Source: an uncultured delta proteobacterium (GTDB lineage: Bacteria > Desulfobacterota > Syntrophorhabdia > Syntrophorhabdales > WCHB1-27). Taken from it: 64,000 nt of DNA. Positions 48,216-56,411 of this stretch are shown piece by piece. The position numbers and the translations under genes were made by a program. Below the pieces are notes generated by a model. That model was not told the origin of the DNA. It made no database searches and saw only the letters and a list, made by a program, of their open reading frames with translations. The stretch covers positions 80,521-144,520 of the forward strand of contig CAVSOX010000018.1 in NCBI GenBank assembly GCA_963729685.1, read 5' to 3'. How positions within the stretch are numbered: position 1 is the first letter of the stretch; every line of letters begins with the position of its first letter.

Positions 48216-49674
48216 TGAACATTGCGCTGTCCGCTTTCAGATTTCGAATGGATCCTCCCCGAGATCACCGTCACCGTCTTCGGGCTCCTCATCCTCCTCG
48301 TGGACGCGTTCAGGAGAAAGAAGACACCGTCCGTCTCAGGGTGCGTGCTCACCCTCGTAGGGAGCGGCACTCGCCTTCTTTTTCGCGATGCACCTCTGGG
48401 GCGTGCGGACAAGCCTCTTTGCCGGCCTCTACCTGATCGACGGCTTCGGCACCTTCTTCAAGGGCATATTCCTCCTGATCCTCTTCATGGTCGCCGTGAT
48501 CTCCCTCCGCTACACGAGGCGCGAGGAGATCGTCGCGGGCGAGTACTATGCGCTCCTCCTTTTCGCCGCCCTCGGCATGATGGTGATGGTCTCGTCGACG
48601 AGCTTCGTGACCATCTTCATCGGCCTGGAGGTGATGTCGCTCTCCATCTACATCCTCTGCGGGCTCCTGAAAGGGCAGGCCCGCGCCGTCGAATCGTCCC
48701 TCAAGTATTTCCTCCTCGGCGCCTTTGCCACCGCCTTTTTCCTTTACGGCATAGCCCTGGTCTACGCATCATCCGGGGCCATCGACATCAGGATGGTGCG
48801 CATCGTGGCCTCGGCGAGGAACCTGGGCCATGACCCGGTCTTCCTGACGGGTATGGCGCTCCTCATCGTCGGCTTCGGCTTCAAGACCGCGTCGGTCCCC
48901 TTCCATATGTGGACGCCCGACGTCTACGAAGGCGCGCCGACGCCGGTCACGGTCTTCATGGCGACGGGCGTGAAGGCGGCCGCCTTCGCCGCCTTCTTGC
49001 GGGTCTTCTACACCGCCTTCTATCCCTTCATCGGCAGTTGGTCGAGCGTCTTGTGGTTCATCGCCGTGCTCACCATGTGCGTGGGGAACATCACCGCCCT
49101 GGTGCAGAACAACATGAAGCGCCTCCTCGCCTATTCGAGCATCGCCCACGCGGGCTATATCCTGGTCGCCTTCGTCACGGGCGATAAGATCCTCTCGTCG
49201 AGCATCCTCTACTATCTGCTCGCCTACACCTTCATGAACCTGGGGGCCTTCACCGTGGTGATCCTCCTCGGGAGGAAAGGCGAGGCCCATGAGGATATAG
49301 ACAGCTACGCGGGCCTGGCCGGCCGCCACCCCTTCGTCAGCCTCTGCATGACCATCTTCCTTCTGTCCTTGACGGGCATCCCGCCGCTCGCGGGCTTCAC
49401 CGGAAAGTTCTACATCTTCAGCGACGCCATAAAGGGGCAGTACTACTGGCTCGCCGTCATAGGCGTCCTCAACAGCGCCGTTGCCGCTTACTACTACCTG
49501 CGCGTGCTCATGTACATGTACTTCAAGGAGCCGGTAAAGGAGCTGGGCGGGGTAGACATGTCGCCCGGCTACGTGGTGGTGATGCTGGTGAGCGTGGGCA
49601 TGCTGTTCTATCTGGGGATGTGGCCGAGGGAGGTGCTGCTGCTGGCCCAAAAGTCGGTCGCCATATTCCAGTAG
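48212..49674 (+). CDS. nuoN: NADH-quinone oxidoreductase subunit N, frameshifted near 48230 and 48363
   Basis: ATG at 48212 (ATGA overlap with nuoM) gives MMNIAL, then LSDFEWILPEITVTVFGLLILLVDAF (ORF 48222 frame), then ALAFFFAMHLWGV... (ORF 48388..49674). Confidence 0.85.
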
Positions 49675-49942
49675 TGGGCCGGCCGGGTTAATTTCGCGCC
49701 TGGCGTGGGCGTCGCCGGCGCCGTGACTCCTCACATACACACAAAGTATGCTCCTCGCCCCGCCGCCGGCGACTACGCACCATCCATCAAAATTCCTCCG
49801 GCCGGAAAAGAAGCTTACCCTCACATGTCACTCGTGTGCTCAATCAAGCGCTGAAACGCGATATGCGACATTAAGAAGCAGCGATAAGGCAGTAATAAGT
49901 TGCGGCTTGATCGTAGTGGGGTTGAATAAAGATGGGTTGCTC

Positions 49943-49986
49943 GCCCGATAAGCGGGCCGGGGGTTCGAATCCCTCTCCCTCCGCCA
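49943..49986 (+). other. tRNA-like 3' fragment (variable-arm-like hairpin, T-arm, acceptor 3' strand, G discriminator, encoded CCA) with no matching 5' half
   Basis: gcccg-ataag-cgggc c GGGGG-TTCGAAT-CCCTC TCCCTCC G CCA. No GGAGGGA (or G-U variant) acceptor partner and no foldable anticodon arm in the preceding 350 nt. Confidence 0.45.
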
Positions 49987-50162
49987 TAATTCCCGCATAA
50001 AATCAAGGGTCATGGGTGGCGTGTTGGTGGCGTGTCGCAGGAACCGTAGAAAATAGCACGAGGAATATGCTCGAAGGCTGGACAGATATAAGCGTTAAAG
50101 GCGTCCGGCGCTCCACCAAATCCAAGGTTTCAATTTGCATCTTCACTGGCCGCCGACGTTGT

Positions 50163-51176
50163 CTAATCCACCAAATCTTTATGTATCCAACCGATCTTTC
50201 CCGAACTTAATTGCACTTTATACCACATTCCTTTTTCGTCACTTCTCATTAAGATATCGCCTTTCTTAACTCTTGTTATTACTTTGCTATTTGTCCCCGG
50301 TTCCGACCTAATATTGCATGATGACCGAACAACCCTCAGGTATTTGGGAGGGTCAACTCTTGCTTCGCCTTCGACTGATTGGCTCTTTTCTTGCGAGGAC
50401 GTCTTTAGTTCTTCTCCGTTAGGAGCGATATCGGGTGCCGATTGGAGGAGTGCGATGAGATTCTCAGTAATGCGGCGAGGTAACTTCCAATCGACTATTA
50501 TGGGACCATTCATAAATCCTTCTGTTTCGGAGAACGTAATTGGCTGGTCGTCCACAACACGGTTACCTGTCGCTACGCTGAAAACTATAAAATTTACAGT
50601 CATTGTGCGTGTTCGGGTCTCTGTCGGAGTACACGGCCCGGTTTTCTCTTGAACCTGAAGTTGCGCCACACCTCCAAGAGATATTTTTTTGTTAACCGGT
50701 ACGTAAGGCTTTGAAGTAACAGAGTCAGCCGTTAACCTCGCTATTACAACATGAGACGCGTTCATTCGGGTTGCGACATCGAGAATACGTTTAATATTGC
50801 CAGCCGGGAAAGACAGGTTTCTTATCCTACCCTTAGCACCGTACTCAACAACTGGCAACGATCCAATTGACTTAGACTCTTCAACAACAGTCTTATCATC
50901 TAATACGATAACTCCCTTCTCTCTCCATCCTTTGAACCCCTCAAGAAGCCATTCGTAAAACGTGCTTGCCATAACTTCTTTCACTAAGGGTTGAACGTCC
51001 TGAAAAGGCAACGAAACAAAAACAATCAGATTTAAAGCAGCATCCGGGCGTCCTTTTGTTGCTGGCACCGTTGTGCAGGACGAGAAAAACATAAATAGGC
51101 AAAAGGCAAGGGTGTAGGCCCATACGGTGCTTCGGCAGGCACAAAATAGCCTTATGTTAAGTAGTTTTTGCTTCAT
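50163..51176 (-). CDS. lipoprotein with a C-terminal bacterial SH3 domain
   Basis: ORF 50163..51176. Lipobox-like FMFFSSC. C-terminus RVVRSSCNIRSEPGTNSKVITRVKKGDILMRSDEKGMWYKVQLSSGKIGWIHKDLV fits SH3b. 4-nt overlap with the upstream gene. Confidence 0.7.
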   Translation of the reverse strand: MKQKLLNIRLFCACRSTVWAYTLAFCLFMFFSSCTTVPATKGRPDAALNLIVFVSLPFQDVQPLVKEVMASTFYEWLLEGFKGWREKGVIVLDDKTVVEESKSIGSLPVVEYGAKGRIRNLSFPAGNIKRILDVATRMNASHVVIARLTADSVTSKPYVPVNKKISLGGVAQLQVQEKTGPCTPTETRTRTMTVNFIVFSVATGNRVVDDQPITFSETEGFMNGPIIVDWKLPRRITENLIALLQSAPDIAPNGEELKTSSQEKSQSVEGEARVDPPKYLRVVRSSCNIRSEPGTNSKVITRVKKGDILMRSDEKGMWYKVQLSSGKIGWIHKDLVD

Positions 51177-52702
51177 TTGCCTTGCGCCTTATTCTTTATT
51201 TCATCCGTAATCTTAGAATCTACTATATTCTTCGATAGGTCTGCGGCTGCATTTCCTACACGTTCCGGATTACTTAAAAATGTATCCACGTACTTCGGTG
51301 GTCGACCAACTATTCCTTCCGAACCAGCTACCCCCTCCAAAACCTTCCCTGTTCCCTTGTCCACAGCTTCGTCTAATGCTGCCTGTGCACCGGCCCTAAC
51401 CAGGCCACCCTTTAACCCATGTTCGCTGACCTCCACGGCAGCATTGCTTAGATCCTTAGTAGCCTTCCAGGGTATCTCAGCCCCCGGGACGACTTTTGAA
51501 ATAGTATCGCCTGCAATATAGCTTCCCTGTCTTATGTTATCAACCGACTTATTCAGTTGATCAAGACCTTGGACCTGGAGACCTGTAGCCGTACTGATAT
51601 TTTCATTCGCTGCTTTCATGTACGCCTGGGCATCTTTGAAGTATCGATCTGCATCTTTTGCATTGCCTGCGCTTAGTGCGTCTTTCGCACTTTGTATATA
51701 CTTAGCAGCCTGATTTTGTGATTGCACACCCATGTCATATACTTTCTGCAAGTCTTGGGCTCCCGTAATGTTTGTCTTGTAAACCCATCCTCCCCACCCG
51801 GATGTGTCTTTCGGGCCTGCGGGTAAAGGCGCCTTGGCAAGTTTTTCCCAGGCGTTAAGCTGCTCCATCGAAACTGCTGATGAAGCAGCTGGTGAAGATG
51901 TTTTCCCTGACCCTGCTTGAGCAGCCTGGGTCTGGCCACGTTGCTGCTCGGCTTTCTGCTGGGCCTGTTGCTGTTGAACACTCGTAGCCGATGAATGTTG
52001 TTGCTGGTCAGGTTTTAGACCCGCACTCTGTTGCGGCTGTTGCGTCTTTTGCTTGGCCTGTTGCTTCTGGGTCTGTTGCTGTTGGTTACGTTCTTGCTGG
52101 GCGCGCTGTTGCTGCTCAAACTGTTCTTGGCGGCGTTGCTGCTCGGCCTTCTGCTGAGCCTGCTGCTGTTGTCTTTGCTGCTCAGCCTTCTGCTGAGCCT
52201 GTTGCTGGGCTCTCTGCTGAGCTTGCTGCTGGGCCTGTTGCTGTTGTCTTTGCTGCTCAGCCTTCTGCTGTGCCTTCTGCTGCTGTGCCTGTTGCTTCTC
52301 TCGTTGCTGCTCAGCCTTCTGCTGTGCCCTCTGCTGCTGGGCCTGTTGCTGACGTTGCTGCTCAGCCCTCTGCTGCTGGGCCTGTTGTGCCCTCTGCTGC
52401 TGGGCCTGTTGTTCCCTCTGCTGCTGGGCCTGTTGCTGACGTTGCTGCTCAGCCCTCTGCTGCTGGGCCTGTTGTTCCCTCTGCTGCTCAGCCCTCTGCT
52501 GCTGGGCCTGTTGTTCCCTCTGCTGCTCAGCCCTCTGCTGCTGGGCCTGTTGTTCCCTCTGCTGCTGGGCCTGTTGCTGACGTTGCTGCTCAGCCCTCTG
52601 CTGCTGGGCCTGTTGTTCCCTCTGCCCTGCATGTAGGTAAGGAGTTTGAAAAGCGCAGGCCACAGTCAGCAGAATTGCCACAACCACGATTCTCGTTGAC
52701 AT
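51173..52702 (-). CDS. secreted glutamine-rich tandem-repeat protein with an unrecognised C-terminal domain of about 230 aa
   Basis: ORF 51173..52708 (GTG). ATG at 52702 has GAGGGG upstream. Signal peptide MSTRIVVVAILLTVACAFQTPYLHA, then about 200 aa of QQAQQQRAEQQRE-type 13-aa repeats, then a non-repetitive domain. Confidence 0.7.
   Translation of the reverse strand: MSTRIVVVAILLTVACAFQTPYLHAGQREQQAQQQRAEQQRQQQAQQQREQQAQQQRAEQQREQQAQQQRAEQQREQQAQQQRAEQQRQQQAQQQREQQAQQQRAQQAQQQRAEQQRQQQAQQQRAQQKAEQQREKQQAQQQKAQQKAEQQRQQQQAQQQAQQRAQQQAQQKAEQQRQQQQAQQKAEQQRRQEQFEQQQRAQQERNQQQQTQKQQAKQKTQQPQQSAGLKPDQQQHSSATSVQQQQAQQKAEQQRGQTQAAQAGSGKTSSPAASSAVSMEQLNAWEKLAKAPLPAGPKDTSGWGGWVYKTNITGAQDLQKVYDMGVQSQNQAAKYIQSAKDALSAGNAKDADRYFKDAQAYMKAANENISTATGLQVQGLDQLNKSVDNIRQGSYIAGDTISKVVPGAEIPWKATKDLSNAAVEVSEHGLKGGLVRAGAQAALDEAVDKGTGKVLEGVAGSEGIVGRPPKYVDTFLSNPERVGNAAADLSKNIVDSKITDEIKNKAQGK
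52030..52630. repeat. coding tandem repeat array, 39-bp unit with nested longer periodicity
   Basis: ctgctgctcagccctctgctgctgggcctgttgttccct occurs back to back at 52442-52480 (first base t), 52481-52519 and 52520-52558. Diverged copies run across about 600 bp. Confidence 0.85.
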
Positions 52703-53140
52703 ATTCACCCCTCAAAGCGCCTTAACCTGTCCAACGCTTTAAAATTAGTCATGGACCCGCACACACGTCTCTATTTGATTCTGGCGGCTGGCTGTCTGGC
52801 TGGTGAACGAACCATGCTGAGTGTCCGAGACCCTCAAGCTTTCCGTCGCACCCTCGCGGATGTTTTGGTTTTTTTCAGATTCAAGCAATCTTATAAAGAG
52901 GGCGGCCGAATGTCAAGAAAAAATATGCGGGATTATTCACTTCACGCCGGGAGACGGCGATTTCTTCCCCAAAGCAAGCGACGAAACCCCATGAATAAGA
53001 AGAGATTCTATCAGGTCTGCGTCGTATTCCTGATTATGTTCTCTCTTTGTCGCATGGGCAGAAAGGGCGCATAAAGGGGGACGTCCGTAAATAAGTGATT
53101 CCTGAGAAGAAAGTACCCTTTCTGAAGGGATCAATCGCCA

Positions 53141-53716
53141 TCATCGTTGTGTTACCACCATCGTGAAGATGAACTTCTTAGCCAAGGACACGCTGACCAT
53201 TTCGGCCAAGAATACCTTCACGCGAATACAAATAGCCGACAAGCAGCCTTCCAGGAGCCTCTTCAGGGCCGAATGGGCCTTGGCCCATCTCTTTATGTTG
53301 CAAGCTATCAGTTTGCATGCCAGGGCAAAGCATACTTTTGCCAGCCGGCGCACGCGAAGCCTGCCGATCCCGTGAGATCGCTTCAATTCGGAGTTCGTCG
53401 CCTCGATCCCTGCGCGTATCTTGTACCGGTCCTTCCATTCACGCGTCTGCTGGAGGGAATACATCTGATCCCGCAGGCGAAGCTCGGCAGTGATCTCCAG
53501 ACGGAAGTCCCCGACCGTGTCACGGGCCTTGCAGCCTTGATCGCGATGGTTGGGAACTCGCACCGGACACTGACCGAGCATCGTGCATGATCGACAAAGT
53601 CTTCCGTCGAAGATCGCATGGAGGGAACGGCTCGTCGTGTTGTGAGCGCTCAATTCGCGATGGTCTATGGGCTTGTGGCCCATTGGACATTGGAGGAGGT
53701 AGGGACGTTGTTTCAT
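53141..53716 (-). mobile_element. truncated DDE transposase remnant (C-terminal part, IS1182/IS5-like from memory)
   Basis: ORF 53141..53716 contains YKIRAGIEATNSELKRSHGIGRLRVRRLAKVCFALACKLIACNIKRW. No N-terminal catalytic region and no inverted repeats found. Confidence 0.65.
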
Positions 53717-53895
53717 TCGTTGCCTTCTGAGGCAACGCTCCCAACTCCTGTTCCTACGTCATTATTACCATTTCCATTCCAGATGTTCAAGAAGGTTCGC
53801 GTGGTCGCCCTTTGACCGAGGACGGGGATTTTGGAAAAGACCTATCATATCGCTTTATTTTTTGCCATATTCGCCTGTATCACTCGTGCTGCCTG

Positions 53896-54159
53896 TTATG
53901 AAAAGAATTTCTCGTATTCATGGTGCCCGCCAATCCAGAACCACGTTACTATGTCATCGTCAAGAATGCCGAGGGCTCGATAGCCAAGGGTTATCCTGAC
54001 GGACCAGATGTTCTCTGTTGTATTGATGCATTTGAAATGGAGAGACGGATGAAAGGGATTCTGCTCCCAGAGCCGATAGGATTTGCGAGCGCCTTTTTTG
54101 ATGCTTTCAGGGAGAGGTTTGTATGCAGTCCAGAATGAAGGTACTGTGGCCGACTTCAC
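53896..54159 (-). CDS. RelE/ParE-superfamily type II toxin
   Basis: 87 aa with NPFHPSLHFKCI...IWSVRITLGYRALGILDDDIVTWFWIGGHHEYEKF. 4-nt overlap with the upstream small gene. Confidence 0.7.
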   Translation of the reverse strand: MKSATVPSFWTAYKPLPESIKKGARKSYRLWEQNPFHPSLHFKCINTTENIWSVRITLGYRALGILDDDIVTWFWIGGHHEYEKFFS

Positions 54160-54386
54160 AAGTCTCTATGGTTTAAGGGTTTTGCTTTGCCATTGCCAAT
54201 TTCTCTTTTCGCGCGGCGGGCCGCGGCTATGAGCTGCGGCTGGGTCTTCTTGAACGAATTGGCCCACTTTGAATCGTCCCTCATCTCTTCCAGATACTCG
54301 CGCAGATGCTCCGCCACTTGTTCTTGAGCGTCTTCCGGCAAAGACTCGATCATCTTTAGTACGGTAGCAATCGCTGTGGATGCCAT
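54156..54386 (-). CDS. cognate antitoxin (small acidic protein)
   Basis: 76 aa, MASTAIATVLKMIESLPEDAQEQVAEHLREYLEEM. GGAG upstream. Overlaps the toxin start. Confidence 0.6.
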   Translation of the reverse strand: MASTAIATVLKMIESLPEDAQEQVAEHLREYLEEMRDDSKWANSFKKTQPQLIAAARRAKREIGNGKAKPLNHRDL

Positions 54387-54592
54387 GCTCTATTCTCCTT
54401 TAGAAGCTGTGCACACGTGTTACTATTCTATCATGCTTTGCCGAGTGTTTCCATTTCTGCTTTCTGGGGGCGGAGGGCGGTGTGGGGGCCGTCAGGGACG
54501 GCCATTAAATTATTAAATTCTCGGGCCGTCAGCGAGTCACGGGGTCGAGCCATTGACCGAGGACAGGGCATGCCCATAACTTAGTAGGGCAA

Positions 54593-54823
54593 TCATACCT
54601 GCAACTCGCAGTCCACAGTTTCCGGACTGAAATCTTGTTCATGCGGCCACATAATGCCACCAAAGGCGGGCCTGACGGAACGGAAATAGGTTGGTTCCTT
54701 TAATTCTTTGAATACCCCTTTATCGATACATGGAGAGACATCAAAGACACCTTTCCTGCCGTTTGATAGTTCGATTTTGAGTTTATAGTCACCCATGGGT
54801 TCTACAGATATCACTTTTACCAT
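54593..54823 (-). CDS. DUF2442-domain protein
   Basis: VISVEPMGDYKLKIELSNGRKGVFDVSP...GGIMWPHEQDFSPETV, the characteristic DUF2442 pattern (from memory). Confidence 0.65.
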   Translation of the reverse strand: MVKVISVEPMGDYKLKIELSNGRKGVFDVSPCIDKGVFKELKEPTYFRSVRPAFGGIMWPHEQDFSPETVDCELQV

Positions 54824-54851
54824 AGATCCACCTTATTTCAGGTTTTCCCCG

Positions 54852-55148
54852 TCATACATAAAGCGCTTCGTCATCGATTCGCTTTTTGAGGAACGTGTTC
54901 ATACCACGCCAGTAGCGCACCACGTCAACTTTTCTTCGGAAGGACGATTCCAATTCCGCCTTGAGACGTGCCCGCTTCATAAGGTCCGGCCGCATCTCCA
55001 CGACGACATCCACATCACTATCGTCCTGCGCTTCATTCCGTGCCAGGGAGCCAAAAATCCCGATCTTTGTCACCCCGTAGATGCGCTCAAAGCGGGGCTT
55101 GAGGCTCCGTATTTCCTGAAGCACCGCGTCACGGTCTGTCCTGCTCAT
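54852..55148 (-). CDS. nucleotidyltransferase-domain (MNT-like) protein
   Basis: GIFGSLARNEAQDDSDVDVVVE (GS...DxD motif). Confidence 0.75.
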   Translation of the reverse strand: MSRTDRDAVLQEIRSLKPRFERIYGVTKIGIFGSLARNEAQDDSDVDVVVEMRPDLMKRARLKAELESSFRRKVDVVRYWRGMNTFLKKRIDDEALYV

Positions 55149-55383
55149 ATGCTCACCTCTACGATCTTCTCTCCCTGGGGCATGTTCAGTTCTATTCTGA
55201 CACCCCGTCGCGACAACGTCAATAAGATTCTATCAGCTATCACTGAGCCCGTGGGCGTGGCTACCGTGACTTATTCTCTCTCCTCTGCATGGTCCTCGCA
55301 TTATAGCACGGAGTGTTATAGAATATGTGATACAGATACGGCGAAAGCTTTGAAGGAAGGCGAAGTGGAGGAGGTAAGTTACG

Positions 55384-55704
55384 ATGATGAAAAAGAGATA
55401 TAGGACTGATGCTTTAGCTGCCGCGCACAGGACGGCGGCCGGACTCCATCGGATTGGATTGGTAGACGCGAAGACGATGCGAGATTTCGATGCATCCTGC
55501 CTGACGCCCGTGGAGAAACTTTCTCCGGAGGAAATCGTCGAGGTGAGAAAGCGGACCGGTGTCAGTCAAGCCGTATTTGCAAGCTACCTGAACGTGACGG
55601 TCAGTGTGGTGAGCCAATGGGAAAGAGGCGAAAAACACCCACAGGGGCCTTCTCTTAAACTCCTGACGCTGGTGCGGAAAAAGGGCCTGGATGCTATCGC
55701 TTGA
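55384..55704 (+). CDS. XRE-family helix-turn-helix protein of the HigA/MqsA-like antitoxin type, no intact toxin upstream
   Basis: LSPEEIVEVRKRTGVSQAVFASYLNVTVSVVSQWERGEKHPQGPSLKLLTLV. Confidence 0.7.
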   Translation: MMKKRYRTDALAAAHRTAAGLHRIGLVDAKTMRDFDASCLTPVEKLSPEEIVEVRKRTGVSQAVFASYLNVTVSVVSQWERGEKHPQGPSLKLLTLVRKKGLDAIA

Positions 55705-55757
55705 TGGGCATATCCTGCGCCGATCTTCGTCGATAATTTCAATGCTTCGCGCGATAC

Positions 55758-56084
55758 TCAAGCTGCGAGGCGGACATATTCAACCTCCGCGAGTATGTGC
55801 GGACCGATGTAAGGGCTCAACGATTCTCTTGTGACGATATCCACTTTTCGCTGTAACAGTTCATCCAGAAAGAAAGATAACGCCATAAAGTTGTCGAATG
55901 TCTTCTTTCCTGGCTCAAACTCCACAAGAAAATCGATGTCGCTCGCAGGCTGTTGGTCCCCTCGCACGAACGATCCGAAGAGTCCGATTCGTTTCAGGCC
56001 GAAGCTACGCAGACGGGCGGCGTTCTTACCCAGCAAACGCGTTATCTCTTTCTTCGTTGGTTCCTTCAATTCAAGCATTGGCAT
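55758..56084 (-). CDS. nucleotidyltransferase (MNT antitoxin-type), no intact HEPN partner
   Basis: IGLFGSFVRGDQQPASDIDFLVEF. Confidence 0.8.
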   Translation of the reverse strand: MPMLELKEPTKKEITRLLGKNAARLRSFGLKRIGLFGSFVRGDQQPASDIDFLVEFEPGKKTFDNFMALSFFLDELLQRKVDIVTRESLSPYIGPHILAEVEYVRLAA

Positions 56085-56411
56085 GTTAAATTATAATACA
56101 AGACTGAACGAATCAACGCAAGAGATCAGTGGCCCTTGATCATAAGTCTTTAATGTTCAATGACTTTACGGACGGTAGGGACGTTGCTTCATTCCGTATC
56201 TTCTCATCCCGCCCTGTCGCTCTTTATGTTGCTATCCGCTGTCTTTCATTATTGGAGAAATGCCGCAAGATTGCAACAATTATTCAGGCTTTCTTTAGAG
56301 AGACTCTATTCACGGGCACCGGGTGAGAAACCGTCTTTCGGGAAGAACTCCCTGGTTAGCTCCCCATCACTGACCGCCCAGTTTTTTGAGAAAAGCGGGC
56401 GAACGGGCATT

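Noticed and set aside
49675-49986. Possible complete tmRNA (ssrA), or SRP RNA given the string gaagcagcgataaggcag.
   Set aside because: No 5' acceptor strand complementary to TCCCTCC. No GGNTTCGAC-like D-analogue. No tag reading frame ending in a typical ...AA stop. The discriminator is G, not A. The SRP-like string lacks the GNRA-closed helix partner. Only the 3' fragment was kept as a feature.
51991-52725. Plus-strand ORFs across the 39-bp repeat array (Ala/Pro/Val-rich 244 aa, Leu-rich 201 aa) and the alternative minus-strand Ser/Arg/Asn frame.
   Set aside because: Any tandem repeat whose unit is a multiple of 3 stays open in several frames. Only the Q-rich minus frame has a start with an RBS and a signal peptide and continues into a 230-aa non-repetitive domain.
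52751-53074. 107-aa plus-strand ORF, and a nested 27-codon ORF (MNKKRFYQVCVVFLIMFSLCRMGRKGA) resembling a lipoprotein signal peptide.
   Set aside because: The long ORF has poor composition and no RBS. The short one ends right after the putative lipobox, so at best it is a truncated gene relic.
53700-56100. Integron cassette array with attC sites, suggested by small co-oriented TA cassettes and shared downstream motifs.
   Set aside because: I could not find R''/L''...L'/R' (RYYYAAC ... GTTRRRY) architecture after the ORFs. No intI gene. One gene is on the opposite strand.
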